In this document: in pieces, positions 46,420 to 55,763 of the stretch | How the letters are laid out: each line of letters opens with the position of its first letter | How positions within the stretch are numbered: position 1 is the stretch's first letter | IMG/VR virus record: IMGVR_UViG_3300027365_000015 | Location: 1-57,224 of that record | Strand: one strand, 5' to 3' | Length of the DNA: 57,224 bases | Source of the DNA: a virus | Taxonomy: Duplodnaviria > Caudoviricetes | Made by a program: the position numbers and the translations under genes | The notes under the pieces: generated by a model | The model's input: only the letters and a program-made list of their open reading frames with translations | Databases searched by the model: none | Told to the model about the DNA's origin: nothing

Positions 46420-46724
46420 TACCTCCCCTCGAGCGACGACACCCGGCTGTCTAGGCCGTCGATCCTCGATTCAATGTTGTCCAGGTCGCGGCGGGCATCG
46501 GAGCGGCGATAGTAGAGGTCGCCCCACTCGCGCAGCTCGGCGCGCAGCTCGTTGAGCAGTGCCCCCTGGCTGGCGAGACGCTCCTCCAGGACCATCGACT
46601 GCTGACCCAGCTTCACGAGTTCGGTGCCGGCCCACATGATCATCGCCACCAGCAGGACTTGGATTCCGGTCTGCATATGGCGCTCAAAGACGGACGGTTT
46701 CACGTTGCGATCCTCGGCAGCCAT
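46419..46724 (-). CDS. Single-TM coiled-coil lysis-region protein
   Basis: One TM followed by a coiled coil. Confidence 0.6.
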   Translation of the reverse strand: MAAEDRNVKPSVFERHMQTGIQVLLVAMIMWAGTELVKLGQQSMVLEERLASQGALLNELRAELREWGDLYYRRSDARRDLDNIESRIDGLDSRVSSLEGR

Positions 46725-47290
46725 CAGGCCTCCCCGTGTCGCAGCTCGAGGACGCGGCGCAGCCACCCGTAGGTGAACGCCTCCTGGCTCTCACGCTTCT
46801 CGGCCAGGCCGACGAGGAAGGCCTTGCGCATCCCGTTGATAGACTCGGCCAGCACGACCAGGCCGGGGGCGCCCCGGGTGCCGCGGTAGCCGTCCAGCGC
46901 CGCCAGCGTCTTCGGCCCCACCGCGCCATCGACCACCACGTCCGGGTAGTCGCCTTCCTGGCGGTTGAGCACGTTGAGCAGGCGCTGCAGGTCGCGACCC
47001 GGGCGGCCCGGGCCGGAGTGATAGCCGTAGTCGAACAGGTATTCGGCCAGCGGCTCGTGGAGCGGCGCGACGTCGTCCAGACGCAGGCTGTGCCAGTAGC
47101 GGTCGGCGGCGATGTCGCGGGCCAGCTCGATGGGCAGGTCGCGCATGTCGCCCCGATAGCCATACTCGCGCGCCACGGCCTCGGTCACGCCGTAGCGCGT
47201 CGGGCCGCCGCGGTCGGCAGGATGATCGACATAGCCGCCTTCGCGATCGATCAGCTCATCGATCAGCCGGCGCTGCAGGGGGTGAATCAT
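46724..47290 (-). CDS. Endolysin, glycoside hydrolase family 108
   Basis: EGGYVDHPADRGGPTRYGVT; DG.VGP.T; F.YGWL.R. Confidence 0.93.
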   Translation of the reverse strand: MIHPLQRRLIDELIDREGGYVDHPADRGGPTRYGVTEAVAREYGYRGDMRDLPIELARDIAADRYWHSLRLDDVAPLHEPLAEYLFDYGYHSGPGRPGRDLQRLLNVLNRQEGDYPDVVVDGAVGPKTLAALDGYRGTRGAPGLVVLAESINGMRKAFLVGLAEKRESQEAFTYGWLRRVLELRHGEA

Positions 47291-47411
47291 GATAGGCCTC
47301 CGGCGCCTCACGGCGTGGGAGTAGACAGGAAGGCCCCACCGGGAATCGGCAGGGCCTGATACGGAAACGCCCCGGCTCGGAAGCCAGGGCGCAATATTCG
47401 ATGTTGGGGAT

Positions 47412-47440
47412 AGACTAGCGGCTACGTGCCCACTCTGCAA
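47412..47440 (-). promoter_or_regulatory. Late pR'-like promoter
   Basis: TTGCAG-17-TAGTCT directly after the Q-like gene, followed by hairpins. Confidence 0.5.
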
Positions 47441-47441
47441 G

Positions 47442-48239
47442 CTAAGCCGCCTCCGGGATCAGCGCCGCGACCGGCCCCAGGGCCTGGCTCTCCCAGTCAT
47501 CCAGGATCGTCAGCATGCGCCGCCACACGTCCGACCAGCTCAGCCGGCCCGCTCGGCTCCAGCGATGCACGTCGATCAGCTCGCCGCGCTCCTCCTCCAG
47601 CCAGCGCTGGATACGCTTGGGCGAGTGAAGCCCCGGACGGTTGTAGGGGTAGGTCACCTGGCTGTGGTGGTAGATGGCCGCCCAGCATAGCGCCTGCAGG
47701 GTGCGCACCGAGTCCGCCGGCGGCAGCTCGTTGTGCCCCTGCCCCGGGAGCCGTTGCCGTTGCATCGCGTTGACCAGGGCGGCGTGCAGCCACTCTCGGT
47801 CCTCGGCCAGTTCCTCGGGCGTGAACGGGCCCCAGCAGTAGCGAGCCATCGCCTGCAGGTGCTGCGGCAAGCGCTCGACCGCGGCGATCACCTGGCCGCA
47901 CTCTAGGCCATGCACGATCTTCCAGTCGTTGTCGGGCAGATGACCCTCGTTGCTCGACTTGCTGACATCCTCCAGCGCCGTGCGTACCTCGGACAGACGC
48001 CGCTCCGTTCGCCTCACGGCCGCCTGCTTCTCCTCGAGGTCGGCATCGAAGGGGCCGGCATTCATCAGCGCCCGGACGTTGCGCTTGTGCGCCGCTTGCA
48101 GGCTGCGCAGCTTGGCACCGTTGCTGCCCACCTTCTCCCGAATCCGCTTCAGGCTATCGAACAGCCCGGCAATGGAGCTATCGCCACGCCGGACGTGGTA
48201 CGCCTGAAAGATCATGCTGCGCGCTGAGTCGAATCGCAT
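47442..48239 (-). CDS. Putative late antiterminator/activator (Q position)
   Basis: Between nin genes and lysis; starts SAR...AY, ends D..AL.PV. Confidence 0.6.
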   Translation of the reverse strand: MRFDSARSMIFQAYHVRRGDSSIAGLFDSLKRIREKVGSNGAKLRSLQAAHKRNVRALMNAGPFDADLEEKQAAVRRTERRLSEVRTALEDVSKSSNEGHLPDNDWKIVHGLECGQVIAAVERLPQHLQAMARYCWGPFTPEELAEDREWLHAALVNAMQRQRLPGQGHNELPPADSVRTLQALCWAAIYHHSQVTYPYNRPGLHSPKRIQRWLEEERGELIDVHRWSRAGRLSWSDVWRRMLTILDDWESQALGPVAALIPEAA

Positions 48240-48305
48240 CCTGTCGCCCCTTCCGTTGCCCTGTTGCGTTGTGTTGCGTGTTGCGTTGCCTTCGTTGCCT
48301 GTTGC

Positions 48306-48489
48306 CTAGTCCCGCTCATCCAGGTCCACCACGCTGAGGTCCTCGATCAGGTCCCGGCAGCCGGCACAGATGACCGTACCGTCGATGGCCAGCAGGAACT
48401 CGCGGCACTCGCACTCGGCGCACTGCCACAGCTCCTTCATCTCGGCGTCGCGCTGCCGGGACCTGATCGAGGTCGATCACGTCGGTCAT
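48306..48489 (-). pseudogene. Small Zn-ribbon gene with an apparent +1 frameshift
   Basis: MTDVIDLDQV then, one base shifted, RQRDAEMKELWQCAECECREF...ICAGC. Confidence 0.5.
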
Positions 48490-48689
48490 GGCATCGGCAC
48501 CCCTTCTCGCCATATCTGCGACACCCGCTCACGGGTCACCGCCGGCAGGCGTTGTTGCCAGCGGCTGAAGATATGGCCGCGCTCCACCTTGTCGCGTCCG
48601 GCCTTCATCTCCCGGGCGACGAGGCGGCACTGGCACTCGATGGTCCAGTCCGCATCGCTCATGCCCTCGGGCCTCACGCCGTACTGCAT
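48486..48689 (-). CDS. Hypothetical protein
   Basis: TGATG coupling to rusA. Confidence 0.6.
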   Translation of the reverse strand: MQYGVRPEGMSDADWTIECQCRLVAREMKAGRDKVERGHIFSRWQQRLPAVTRERVSQIWREGVPMP

Positions 48690-49063
48690 CAGGCCGCCTC
48701 GGCGATCTCGACGATCTCCACCAGGCAGCCGCCACCCCTGGCCCTCTCGCCGCGGATGATCGTCAGCTGGTCAATCTGCCCATCGTCCTGCCAAAGCCCG
48801 GAATGGGTGATGGCATCGAGCAGGCCCTTGGAGTAGTTGTCGATGTCGCGCTGGCGACGATCCGGCGGGATCAGCACCACCTTGACGGCCAGGCGGCCGG
48901 CTAGGGCTTGACCCTGCCACTGCTGCCCGATGGCCTTGACGGCATCCTCGCGGTACTGGCGACCCTTGGCGCTGATCAAGTGGCGGCCGGCCAGCTTGCC
49001 CTTGGTGGGAGCACGCCAGTAGCCGTTGACGCTCGGCGGGAATGGTAGGGTCAGCTCGATCAC
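48689..49063 (-). CDS. rusA: RusA Holliday junction resolvase
   Basis: LPFPPSVN.YWR; PPDRR.RDIDN..K.L.DA; DD.QID. Confidence 0.93.
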   Translation of the reverse strand: MIELTLPFPPSVNGYWRAPTKGKLAGRHLISAKGRQYREDAVKAIGQQWQGQALAGRLAVKVVLIPPDRRQRDIDNYSKGLLDAITHSGLWQDDGQIDQLTIIRGERARGGGCLVEIVEIAEAA

Positions 49064-49527
49064 GCAGCCTCCTTCTCATCGATGAATTGCCAGGCCTTCA
49101 TCAGCTCGGCCCGTATCTCGCCGTCGAACCGGCGAACGGCTCGGCTGATCGTGTCGCGCACGAAGCCCGGCTGCCGATCGCGCAGAGCCTTGTCGGCGTG
49201 GATTTGCTGGTGGCAATCGCGGGTGTGGCCGTAAATCGGGTCGCAGGCTGGCATCACGAAAGCATCCGGCGCTTTGAGACCGGTGCCGCCCAGCTGCCAC
49301 ATGCCGATCATGTGGTGAGCCGCGATGCCGGTGGTGGCTCCGCACACGCAGCAAGGCAGCGTGCGAACGAAGGCCAGATAGGCCTCACTGCGCCACCGGC
49401 TGTCCTTGGTCGTCTGGCGCCGCGGCGCGCTACGCTTCTCCCGTTTGCGGGACATCGGCGCCTTGGCCTTGAGTTCGCTGCGATTCTGGATTGGGGTCTT
49501 GCGCTGGATAGGGCCTGATCGCTTCAT
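49060..49527 (-). CDS. DUF968-like HNH Zn-finger protein
   Basis: RS.AYL.FVR.LPCCVCG...AHH...CH..IH. Confidence 0.75.
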   Translation of the reverse strand: MKRSGPIQRKTPIQNRSELKAKAPMSRKREKRSAPRRQTTKDSRWRSEAYLAFVRTLPCCVCGATTGIAAHHMIGMWQLGGTGLKAPDAFVMPACDPIYGHTRDCHQQIHADKALRDRQPGFVRDTISRAVRRFDGEIRAELMKAWQFIDEKEAA

Positions 49528-50183
49528 GCCAGCACCTCCCGCGACTCAATCAGCGTCAGCCTGCCGGTGTGGAATGCCCCGGTATCGATGTAGTGGACGT
49601 TGCCAAGCTGAGTGGGCGCGCCGACGATGGTGTGGCCGACCACCACCGCATCGACGCCCGCCACCGGGGTTTTGTCCTGCTGCTTGATGCGGGTGCGCCC
49701 CCAGATCAGTTGCTGTTGCAGAGACGGGCGAGTCACCTCTGACCAGTCAGCGGGCGGCTCGGCGTGAACCATGCCGATACGCTTCCCGTCTACCTTGACC
49801 TCCCTGGCATACGGCAGGTGATCTAGCGCCGCCTCAAGGATCGCCTTCACCTCGTGGGCGTTCTCGCCCATCGCCCAGGTGCCGCCGTTGATCATCCACA
49901 ACTCGTGAGGCATCCAGTCGCCGTCGTTGTCGCGCAGCATGGCGTCGTGGGCCAGCATCTCGTGGTTGCCGCGCACCCCGAAGAACCAGGGTTCGAAGGG
50001 TAGCGACAGGCAGTCGAACGAGCGGGCGCCCCGGTCGATCAGGTCGCCCACGCTGAATAGCCGATCGACAGCCTTGTCGAAGCCCACTCGACGCATCTCT
50101 GCGTCCAGCAGGTCGAGCTGGCCGTGAATATCGCCGACGAAGAAGTCGCGGCCCTGGTGGTTCTGTCCGTGTCGCTGGATCAT
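49524..50183 (-). CDS. NinI-like Ser/Thr protein phosphatase
   Basis: GDIHG, GDLIDRG, RGNHE, GHT, IDTGA. Confidence 0.93.
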   Translation of the reverse strand: MIQRHGQNHQGRDFFVGDIHGQLDLLDAEMRRVGFDKAVDRLFSVGDLIDRGARSFDCLSLPFEPWFFGVRGNHEMLAHDAMLRDNDGDWMPHELWMINGGTWAMGENAHEVKAILEAALDHLPYAREVKVDGKRIGMVHAEPPADWSEVTRPSLQQQLIWGRTRIKQQDKTPVAGVDAVVVGHTIVGAPTQLGNVHYIDTGAFHTGRLTLIESREVLA

Positions 50184-50644
50184 GCCGCCTCCTGCACTTC
50201 GCGATAGGTGTCGAACACCGCCTGGGCCTTCTCGCTCCATTGGATGCCGTTCTCGGCGCCGTAGGCGTATATCAGCTCGATCAGGTCGCTAAACTCCTTT
50301 TTCTTCAGCTTGCTTGTCCGCATTCCGAGCATGACCACTCCGCCATCCAAGCCTTGAGCCATGCGCTGATGCTTTCGCAGAGCGTTTGTGAACACGTCTT
50401 TCCAGTCCTCGGGCTCGGCCCACTCGGCCACGCCATCGATGACGAGCTGCTTCTGCCCGGCCACGTCGGAGAGCATCGGCCAGAGCTTGCGGTTCTGGCT
50501 CAGGCTGCGGATCTCGCTCGGGCGGCGCAGCACAACTTCCACGGCGCCGGCCTTGAGCGCCTTGTTCACCATCTCCCAAGCGGTCTGCATCTTGCTGCGC
50601 ACGTCGCCAAGGCCATCGATTCGGTATGTGTGTTCTTGACTCAT
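50180..50644 (-). CDS. ninB: NinB/Orf recombination protein
   Basis: RSL.QN.KLW.ML.D; EDWK; RTSK....FS.LIE.I.A.GA. Confidence 0.88.
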   Translation of the reverse strand: MSQEHTYRIDGLGDVRSKMQTAWEMVNKALKAGAVEVVLRRPSEIRSLSQNRKLWPMLSDVAGQKQLVIDGVAEWAEPEDWKDVFTNALRKHQRMAQGLDGGVVMLGMRTSKLKKKEFSDLIELIYAYGAENGIQWSEKAQAVFDTYREVQEAA

Positions 50645-50862
50645 GCCTCCGCCTCCACATCTTCAACCACATTGATTTGCATGCCGCAATCTGCTGACCC
50701 CATGACCACCGGTATTCTTTGGTAATCTGTAACATCAGCAGCCTTGTCCCATTCTGAAAAAGCTAAATAACGCTGGCAGTGATCCCGACTAGGGCAGCAT
50801 TCACCATCTGCGCGAAGATCGAATCGACCAACACAGCGTGAGATGTCATAGGGAAGTGTCAT
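50641..50862 (-). CDS. Small Cys-containing protein, lower GC
   Basis: DISRC.G...CP.R..C.RY. Confidence 0.6.
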   Translation of the reverse strand: MTLPYDISRCVGRFDLRADGECCPSRDHCQRYLAFSEWDKAADVTDYQRIPVVMGSADCGMQINVVEDVEAEA

Positions 50863-51092
50863 GCCACCTCCTCCCTGTCGTCTTCGCTGGGATGCACGGT
50901 CTCCAACACCTGGCGGCCGTAGCTGTCGTGTTTGTGGGCAACGATCATATCGTCGCCTCGGCTGATGACGCACTGCGGCCAGCCGGTCATATCAGCGAGG
51001 TACTGTGCCTCACTGATGGCGGAAGCCGGGTCGGTGAATCCGGTCATGGTGCGCTTACCAGTGCGCTCAAGATCCTGGGTAGTTAAATTCAT
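50859..51092 (-). CDS. Hypothetical protein
   Basis: AGGAGG RBS. Confidence 0.6.
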   Translation of the reverse strand: MNLTTQDLERTGKRTMTGFTDPASAISEAQYLADMTGWPQCVISRGDDMIVAHKHDSYGRQVLETVHPSEDDREEVA

Positions 51093-51100
51093 CAGGCCTC

Positions 51101-52474
51101 CTAGACGGAAAATTTGTCGGCGACAGGCGTGGCGGGTTGTTGGCGCGGGAACTCGCGCTGATAGTTCGCGATATTCTCTGGCGTCGCCGGTATTAGCCGG
51201 GACCGACTGAGATCGCACACGACGTTAACCGTCCCGACCTCGCCATCTCGCTGCTTGGCGATAATCAACTCGGCCAATCCGGGGTATTCGCAATCCGGGT
51301 TGTGCTTCGCCTCGCGGTAGATGAATAAGATCATGTCGGCGTTGTGCTCAAGGGATGCCGATTCACGCAGGTCTGACATGACTGGACGCTTGTCGACGCG
51401 CTTGGTGTTCTCGCGGTTGATCTGGGCCAGAAGGATCACTGGACAGCCAAGCTCCTTGGCGAGAATCTTTGACGCCTTGGAGACCTCGGCCATCTGCTGC
51501 TCGCGGGGAATGCTTTTGTCGTCGGGCTGGACGATTCCTGCGTGGTCAATGATCACGCAGCCCAGCTCGCCGTAATGCTCTTTCCAGCGCTTGGCGGCGG
51601 CGCGCATCTGGGTGGGGGTCAGACCAGGGCGGTCATCGATCACCAGGCCGGCCTCGCGCATGGCGGCGACACCCGCCGTGACCTGATTCCAGCCTTCTCC
51701 GTCCATCTTGTTGCGCGGGTCTTTCAGGGCATCCAGCTTGACGCCGGTATGCGAGCCCATGACGCGGTTCAGCACCTGCTCCTTGCGCATTTCGAGCTGG
51801 AACATGACGGCGGGCTTCTTCTGGCGCAGGCACGCGCTGTCGAGGATGTGCGCGGCTACCACCGTCTTGCCCATGCCGGATTCGCCGCCCACCACGATCA
51901 GATCCTCGGGGTGCATGCCACTGGTCTTGGCGTCCAACTCGGGGATGTTGAAAATCACGCCCATCGGCTCGATGTCGCCGTTGTTGCGGGCGTCCAGCTC
52001 ATCGATCCAGCCCAACAGCCAGTCCTTGACCGGCTGAACGTCGCCTGCCCGCTCGCCCATGACGCCGGCCAGCTTGGATTGGGCCTTGTCGATCAGCTCG
52101 GGGAGCTGACTGCCTGGCGTTGCGACCTGCTCGCGGACTTCATCCAGTGAGATTTGCAGGCGGCGGCGGAGGGATTTGTCGCGCACCACGTCGGCATAGT
52201 GGGGAGCGTTCTTGTAGGCCGGGGTAGTGCGGGCCATCTCTGCCAGCCCGGCCAGGCCGCCGTAGTGATCTTGGTGGTCGCTGACCAGATCATGCAGCGA
52301 CACCAGATCGACATTCCCGGCGAGGGCGAGCTGCTGGATGCCGACCCACATGGCGCGATGGTGTGCCAGGTAGAAATCCTCGGCCCTCACCTTGCCGGCG
52401 ACGGCATCGATCTGAGCCGGGTCGAGCAGGCAGGCGCCGATCAGGCTGGCTTCCGCTTCTTCGCTGAAAATCAT
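51101..52474 (-). CDS. DnaB-like replicative helicase
   Basis: EAE..LIGA.L; G.SGMGKT; LAQ.NR; SDLRES..LE..AD; IAKQR.G. Confidence 0.95.
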   Translation of the reverse strand: MIFSEEAEASLIGACLLDPAQIDAVAGKVRAEDFYLAHHRAMWVGIQQLALAGNVDLVSLHDLVSDHQDHYGGLAGLAEMARTTPAYKNAPHYADVVRDKSLRRRLQISLDEVREQVATPGSQLPELIDKAQSKLAGVMGERAGDVQPVKDWLLGWIDELDARNNGDIEPMGVIFNIPELDAKTSGMHPEDLIVVGGESGMGKTVVAAHILDSACLRQKKPAVMFQLEMRKEQVLNRVMGSHTGVKLDALKDPRNKMDGEGWNQVTAGVAAMREAGLVIDDRPGLTPTQMRAAAKRWKEHYGELGCVIIDHAGIVQPDDKSIPREQQMAEVSKASKILAKELGCPVILLAQINRENTKRVDKRPVMSDLRESASLEHNADMILFIYREAKHNPDCEYPGLAELIIAKQRDGEVGTVNVVCDLSRSRLIPATPENIANYQREFPRQQPATPVADKFSV

Positions 52475-53508
52475 ACGGCCTCCCCTTTGAAAATCTTGAC
52501 CGTGACCTGCTGCTGCGCCGCCCATGACAGTCGGCACCAGCGGAAGGCATCCTCGGCCTGCACGCGCTCGGTCTTGGCCAGGCGCCGGAATACCTCGCGA
52601 TAGAACTCGATGCCTTCCTGCTCATCGGTGAACACCGGCTTGCCGGTGGTGGCGCGCGGCTTGGTCTTGAAGTTCTCCCAAGCGGCTGCAAGCGACTGGA
52701 ATCCACGGCTGCCAGGGGTCCAGTCGTCGGCGCTGATCTTCTCGATGTGCGCCGGCAGCAGCTCATTCCAGGCGGCAACGATGGCGGCATGCGGGCAGTG
52801 CTCCGGCATCTCGTCTTCCCAGCGCTGTTGATTGAGATAGGTTGCGGGGTGCAGCTTATCGAAACCAAAAACGCCAGCGCTTAGCCGAGTCTTCACGTCC
52901 TGTGAGAGCATGTCGGCAAATTCGCTTGGCGGTCGTTCGTCAGCAGCGACCAACTTCTCAAAGACCTCTTTGGCCTTAGCCTTCCCTACCTTGGTCATGC
53001 CTGCATCCCAGAACGCTTGGAAAGCACTGTTCAGCGCATCGTGCTGATCGTTACTAATAGTCTTTCCATTACTACTAGATCTTTCCATTACTAAGGGGAC
53101 TGGTTTTCCGACAGTCGGGAAAACCGACGGTCGGAATTTCAGGCCCTCGGTGGCCCATTGCCCAAGGACCGGCTTTTCAGCCTCTCGGCGATCCACCTCA
53201 ATCGGTGTCGCATGGATAACAATGTCGGTGCCTTGCAGATGCCCCGCCTCGTCTTGATGGCTGACATAGCTTACAAGGCCAGTGCTGGCCAGGTAGGTCA
53301 TTGCCTTCCGATACTTGTCTCTACCAATTCCGAAATGCTTTTGGATCTCTTTGGACCTGACGACCCATCCTTCAGGCTTGGTTTGGAGATGAACCCAAAT
53401 CGCCATCGCATCAGTGTTCTTGATCAACTTGATCGACTCGTTGGGAAGCGTCGTATACGGAGCTTCCCGCTTCCTGAGGCGCGTTGCAGACGTTTTCTTG
53501 ATGGACAT
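52471..53508 (-). CDS. Replication initiator (O-like)
   Basis: N-terminal wHTH; F..FW...K.GK..A; HPATYLNQ.RWED. Confidence 0.8.
   Translation of the reverse strand: MSIKKTSATRLRKREAPYTTLPNESIKLIKNTDAMAIWVHLQTKPEGWVVRSKEIQKHFGIGRDKYRKAMTYLASTGLVSYVSHQDEAGHLQGTDIVIHATPIEVDRREAEKPVLGQWATEGLKFRPSVFPTVGKPVPLVMERSSSNGKTISNDQHDALNSAFQAFWDAGMTKVGKAKAKEVFEKLVAADERPPSEFADMLSQDVKTRLSAGVFGFDKLHPATYLNQQRWEDEMPEHCPHAAIVAAWNELLPAHIEKISADDWTPGSRGFQSLAAAWENFKTKPRATTGKPVFTDEQEGIEFYREVFRRLAKTERVQAEDAFRWCRLSWAAQQQVTVKIFKGEAV
53050..53180. other. Probable replication origin
   Basis: Palindromic iterons CCGACAGTCGG and CCGACGGTCGG next to AT-rich TCTTTCCATTACTA x2 inside the initiator gene. Confidence 0.6.
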
Positions 53509-53509
53509 A

Positions 53510-54193
53510 TCAGCTATCCGCCTCTCCAATCCAGTGGCCATACACGCGAGCAAGGTAGTCAACGCCCACCGATGTCACGCGGGTCTGCGTGTAGGCGTGG
53601 CCATTCCGCTCGCCAGTCTTCACGTCGAATCGCTCAGCAGCATGGTGCTTCTGGTGGGGCAGGAGATTGCCGGACTGTCGATACAGGATCTTGTCGTCGA
53701 TCATCGCCTTGATGAACGCCTTTTCCGGCACCCCAAGAATCTTGGCAGTCTCGCGGATTGACTTGGTGGTCCCGGCCTCAACATAGCGCCCGACAAACTC
53801 AACGGCGGGGCGAGCCTGCTCAATTTCGCGTTGTTGCTGCTCAATCTGATCGGCTTGATCGGCAGCGAGGCGAAGAGCGCCGGATAGTGTGGTGGGCACT
53901 TCGAAGGCGGGTTGCGCGACTTGCTGTTCCAGCTCCTGCCAGCGATCAACTAGCCGAGCAGTGAACTCGGGGGAGAGCTGGGCAACGACCACGTAGCTGT
54001 CACGCTTGTTGACGTGGTAGGTAACGCCAGGACGGCCGCCCGTGGACTTTTCCGCCATCGGCGTGAAAGTGATCAGGCCTCGATTCGCAAGGCGAGCCAT
54101 GCTGCGCTTCACTTCCTCGTGGCGAGACTCGACCACTTCCGCGATTTCGCGGCTACTCATGGTGGTCTTGCGGGTTTCGGTGATATTGCTCAT
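53510..54193 (-). CDS. Rha-family / KilA-C antirepressor-like protein
   Basis: MSSREIAE..ESRH; VVAQLSPEFTARLVDRW; ALRLAAD; TRVT..G. Confidence 0.9.
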   Translation of the reverse strand: MSNITETRKTTMSSREIAEVVESRHEEVKRSMARLANRGLITFTPMAEKSTGGRPGVTYHVNKRDSYVVVAQLSPEFTARLVDRWQELEQQVAQPAFEVPTTLSGALRLAADQADQIEQQQREIEQARPAVEFVGRYVEAGTTKSIRETAKILGVPEKAFIKAMIDDKILYRQSGNLLPHQKHHAAERFDVKTGERNGHAYTQTRVTSVGVDYLARVYGHWIGEADS

Positions 54194-54254
54194 AATTACC
54201 TCGTTGCTTGTGAACAAAAGCCCCGTACTGGTTTCCCGCCATCGGGGCTTTTCT

Positions 54255-54482
54255 TTATGCGGCCTTTGCCGCCTCCTTTTGCGCTGTAATAGCGCGCAAA
54301 TCCTTCAGCTTCATTCCTGCCATCTTAGCGATACGCCGCTCGAATTCTTGCCGACGCAGCTTGTCAGCAGGCCGCGAAGGCATGCCATGCTTCTTCCAGT
54401 AGTGGACATTCTGGCGGCTAACGCCGCACGTCCGAGCAATTTCTGATGTTCCGAGCTTGGTGATTAGCTGTTCAAGTGTCAT
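54255..54482 (-). CDS. Cro-like HTH regulator
   Basis: LG.SEIAR.CGVSRQ.V..W....MP; first gene of the pR-like operon. Confidence 0.8.
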   Translation of the reverse strand: MTLEQLITKLGTSEIARTCGVSRQNVHYWKKHGMPSRPADKLRRQEFERRIAKMAGMKLKDLRAITAQKEAAKAA

Positions 54483-54508
54483 ATGCGCATCCTCATATCT
54501 TGCCGACC

Positions 54509-54536
54509 ACTTTACACCATTTTCCCGACTTGTCAA
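54509..54536 (-). promoter_or_regulatory. pR-like promoter
   Basis: TTGACA-16-TAAAGT. Confidence 0.65.
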
Positions 54537-54599
54537 AAAAGCAAAGCCATTATGAGGCCCTTGCGTGGTGCTCCCGGTAAAATTAATTCGTAAAAGTGT

Positions 54600-54628
54600 T
54601 TGACGCGCCCGAAATCAGGTTGTACATT
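54600..54628 (+). promoter_or_regulatory. pL-like promoter
   Basis: TTGACG-17-TACATT, with boxA ~40 nt downstream. Confidence 0.7.
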
Positions 54629-54813
54629 GATAACCGTCGAAGGGCAGAACGCCCACGGCAGCAGGAACGCTCTTTAACAATGAATAGCCCAGCCGCCCGT
54701 AGGGGATTGCATCTTCGAGAGGTCGCTGGGAGCGCGGGAGCTGCGCAAGTGCCAACCATTTTGCGGACGTTAGCAATATGGTCGCGATCCGCTGCGTAGT
54801 GCGGTAGACAGCC

Positions 54814-55059
54814 TGCCCGTTCGGCTGAGAATAGAGCGGGCATCGGAGAGGGCTGAATGCGCAGGCTGATGCGCAATCAATGACGTAGGCCAAGCATCCT
54901 GTAGTTCGCAAGATTGCAGGCTCCGCGCCGGGGACGGCGTCATATAAAACATCTTCAAGCGGCTTGGTAGGAACCATCAGAACCGTTCGCGCGCGTCATT
55001 GATGCAAAAGCCGGAGATCAGCACCGGCCAGCCCTCTCCGATGCGGCAATCACCGCATC
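54814..55059 (+). ncRNA. Second copy of structured RNA element 2
   Basis: Matches 1210-1455. Confidence 0.65.
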
Positions 55060-55267
55060 ACACAACCATTCACTCGATTAGATGATGAGGGGTGTGTTGT
55101 TTCTGATAGCCGGCGCTGGCAGAGGCCAATCTGCCAGCACGAATAATCCCTGCCTTGCCCTCTCCGGAGGGCTTTTTTCTGAGAGCACTCCCGTTGATCC
55201 AGGCCGATCCCAGCACGGCTGAGCCCCCGTGCGCGTGAGTGTTCCCAAAAACAAACAGGAGAGACCA

Positions 55268-55381
55268 GTGATCGACGCAACCCAGGCATACGCCTTGCAG
55301 TTAATCGCCCTGACCGCAGCCGGACTGCTCGTCGCTGGGCTGATCGAACAATGGCTGATCAACAGGAGGAATCGAAAGTGA
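55268..55381 (+). CDS. 37-aa membrane peptide
   Basis: AGGAG RBS, GTG start, hydrophobic core, basic tail. Confidence 0.5.
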   Translation: MIDATQAYALQLIALTAAGLLVAGLIEQWLINRRNRK

Positions 55382-55569
55382 GAACAGCAGACGCCGCCCG
55401 GTTCCGGCTGGGCATCAAGCAAGAACCAATCATCACCGACGATTGCGCCAACCACATCATCACCAACGAGGCGCGGCGCAACCGTTTCCGGCTGCAGAAG
55501 TATTTGCACCGGCTGGACATGCACAACCGTGGCCAGCGCCCGCCCGTCGAGCTTTGGAGGGCGCCATGA
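55378..55569 (+). CDS. Hypothetical protein
   Basis: AGGAGG RBS, GTGA coupling. Confidence 0.55.
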   Translation: MRTADAARFRLGIKQEPIITDDCANHIITNEARRNRFRLQKYLHRLDMHNRGQRPPVELWRAP

Positions 55570-55763
55570 GCGACAGCATCAGCATAGAGGCCAAAGGCCG
55601 AGATCTTCTGCACCTGATCGACGTTGCAGACAGCACCGGCGGCGGCGATGCAGTAACGACAATTTGGCACGAGCGCCGGTTATATCGGGTGCATGTCACA
55701 TCACTAACCGAGGCCGACAAGGCCCTGGAGGCCATTAATGAAGCGCACACCGGACCAGCGTGA
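55566..55763 (+). CDS. Hypothetical protein
   Basis: GGAGG RBS, ATGA coupling. Confidence 0.55.
   Translation: MSDSISIEAKGRDLLHLIDVADSTGGGDAVTTIWHERRLYRVHVTSLTEADKALEAINEAHTGPA

Noticed and set aside
54483-54630. LexA box explaining cI-independent control
   Set aside because: No CTGT-N8-ACAG present in the interval
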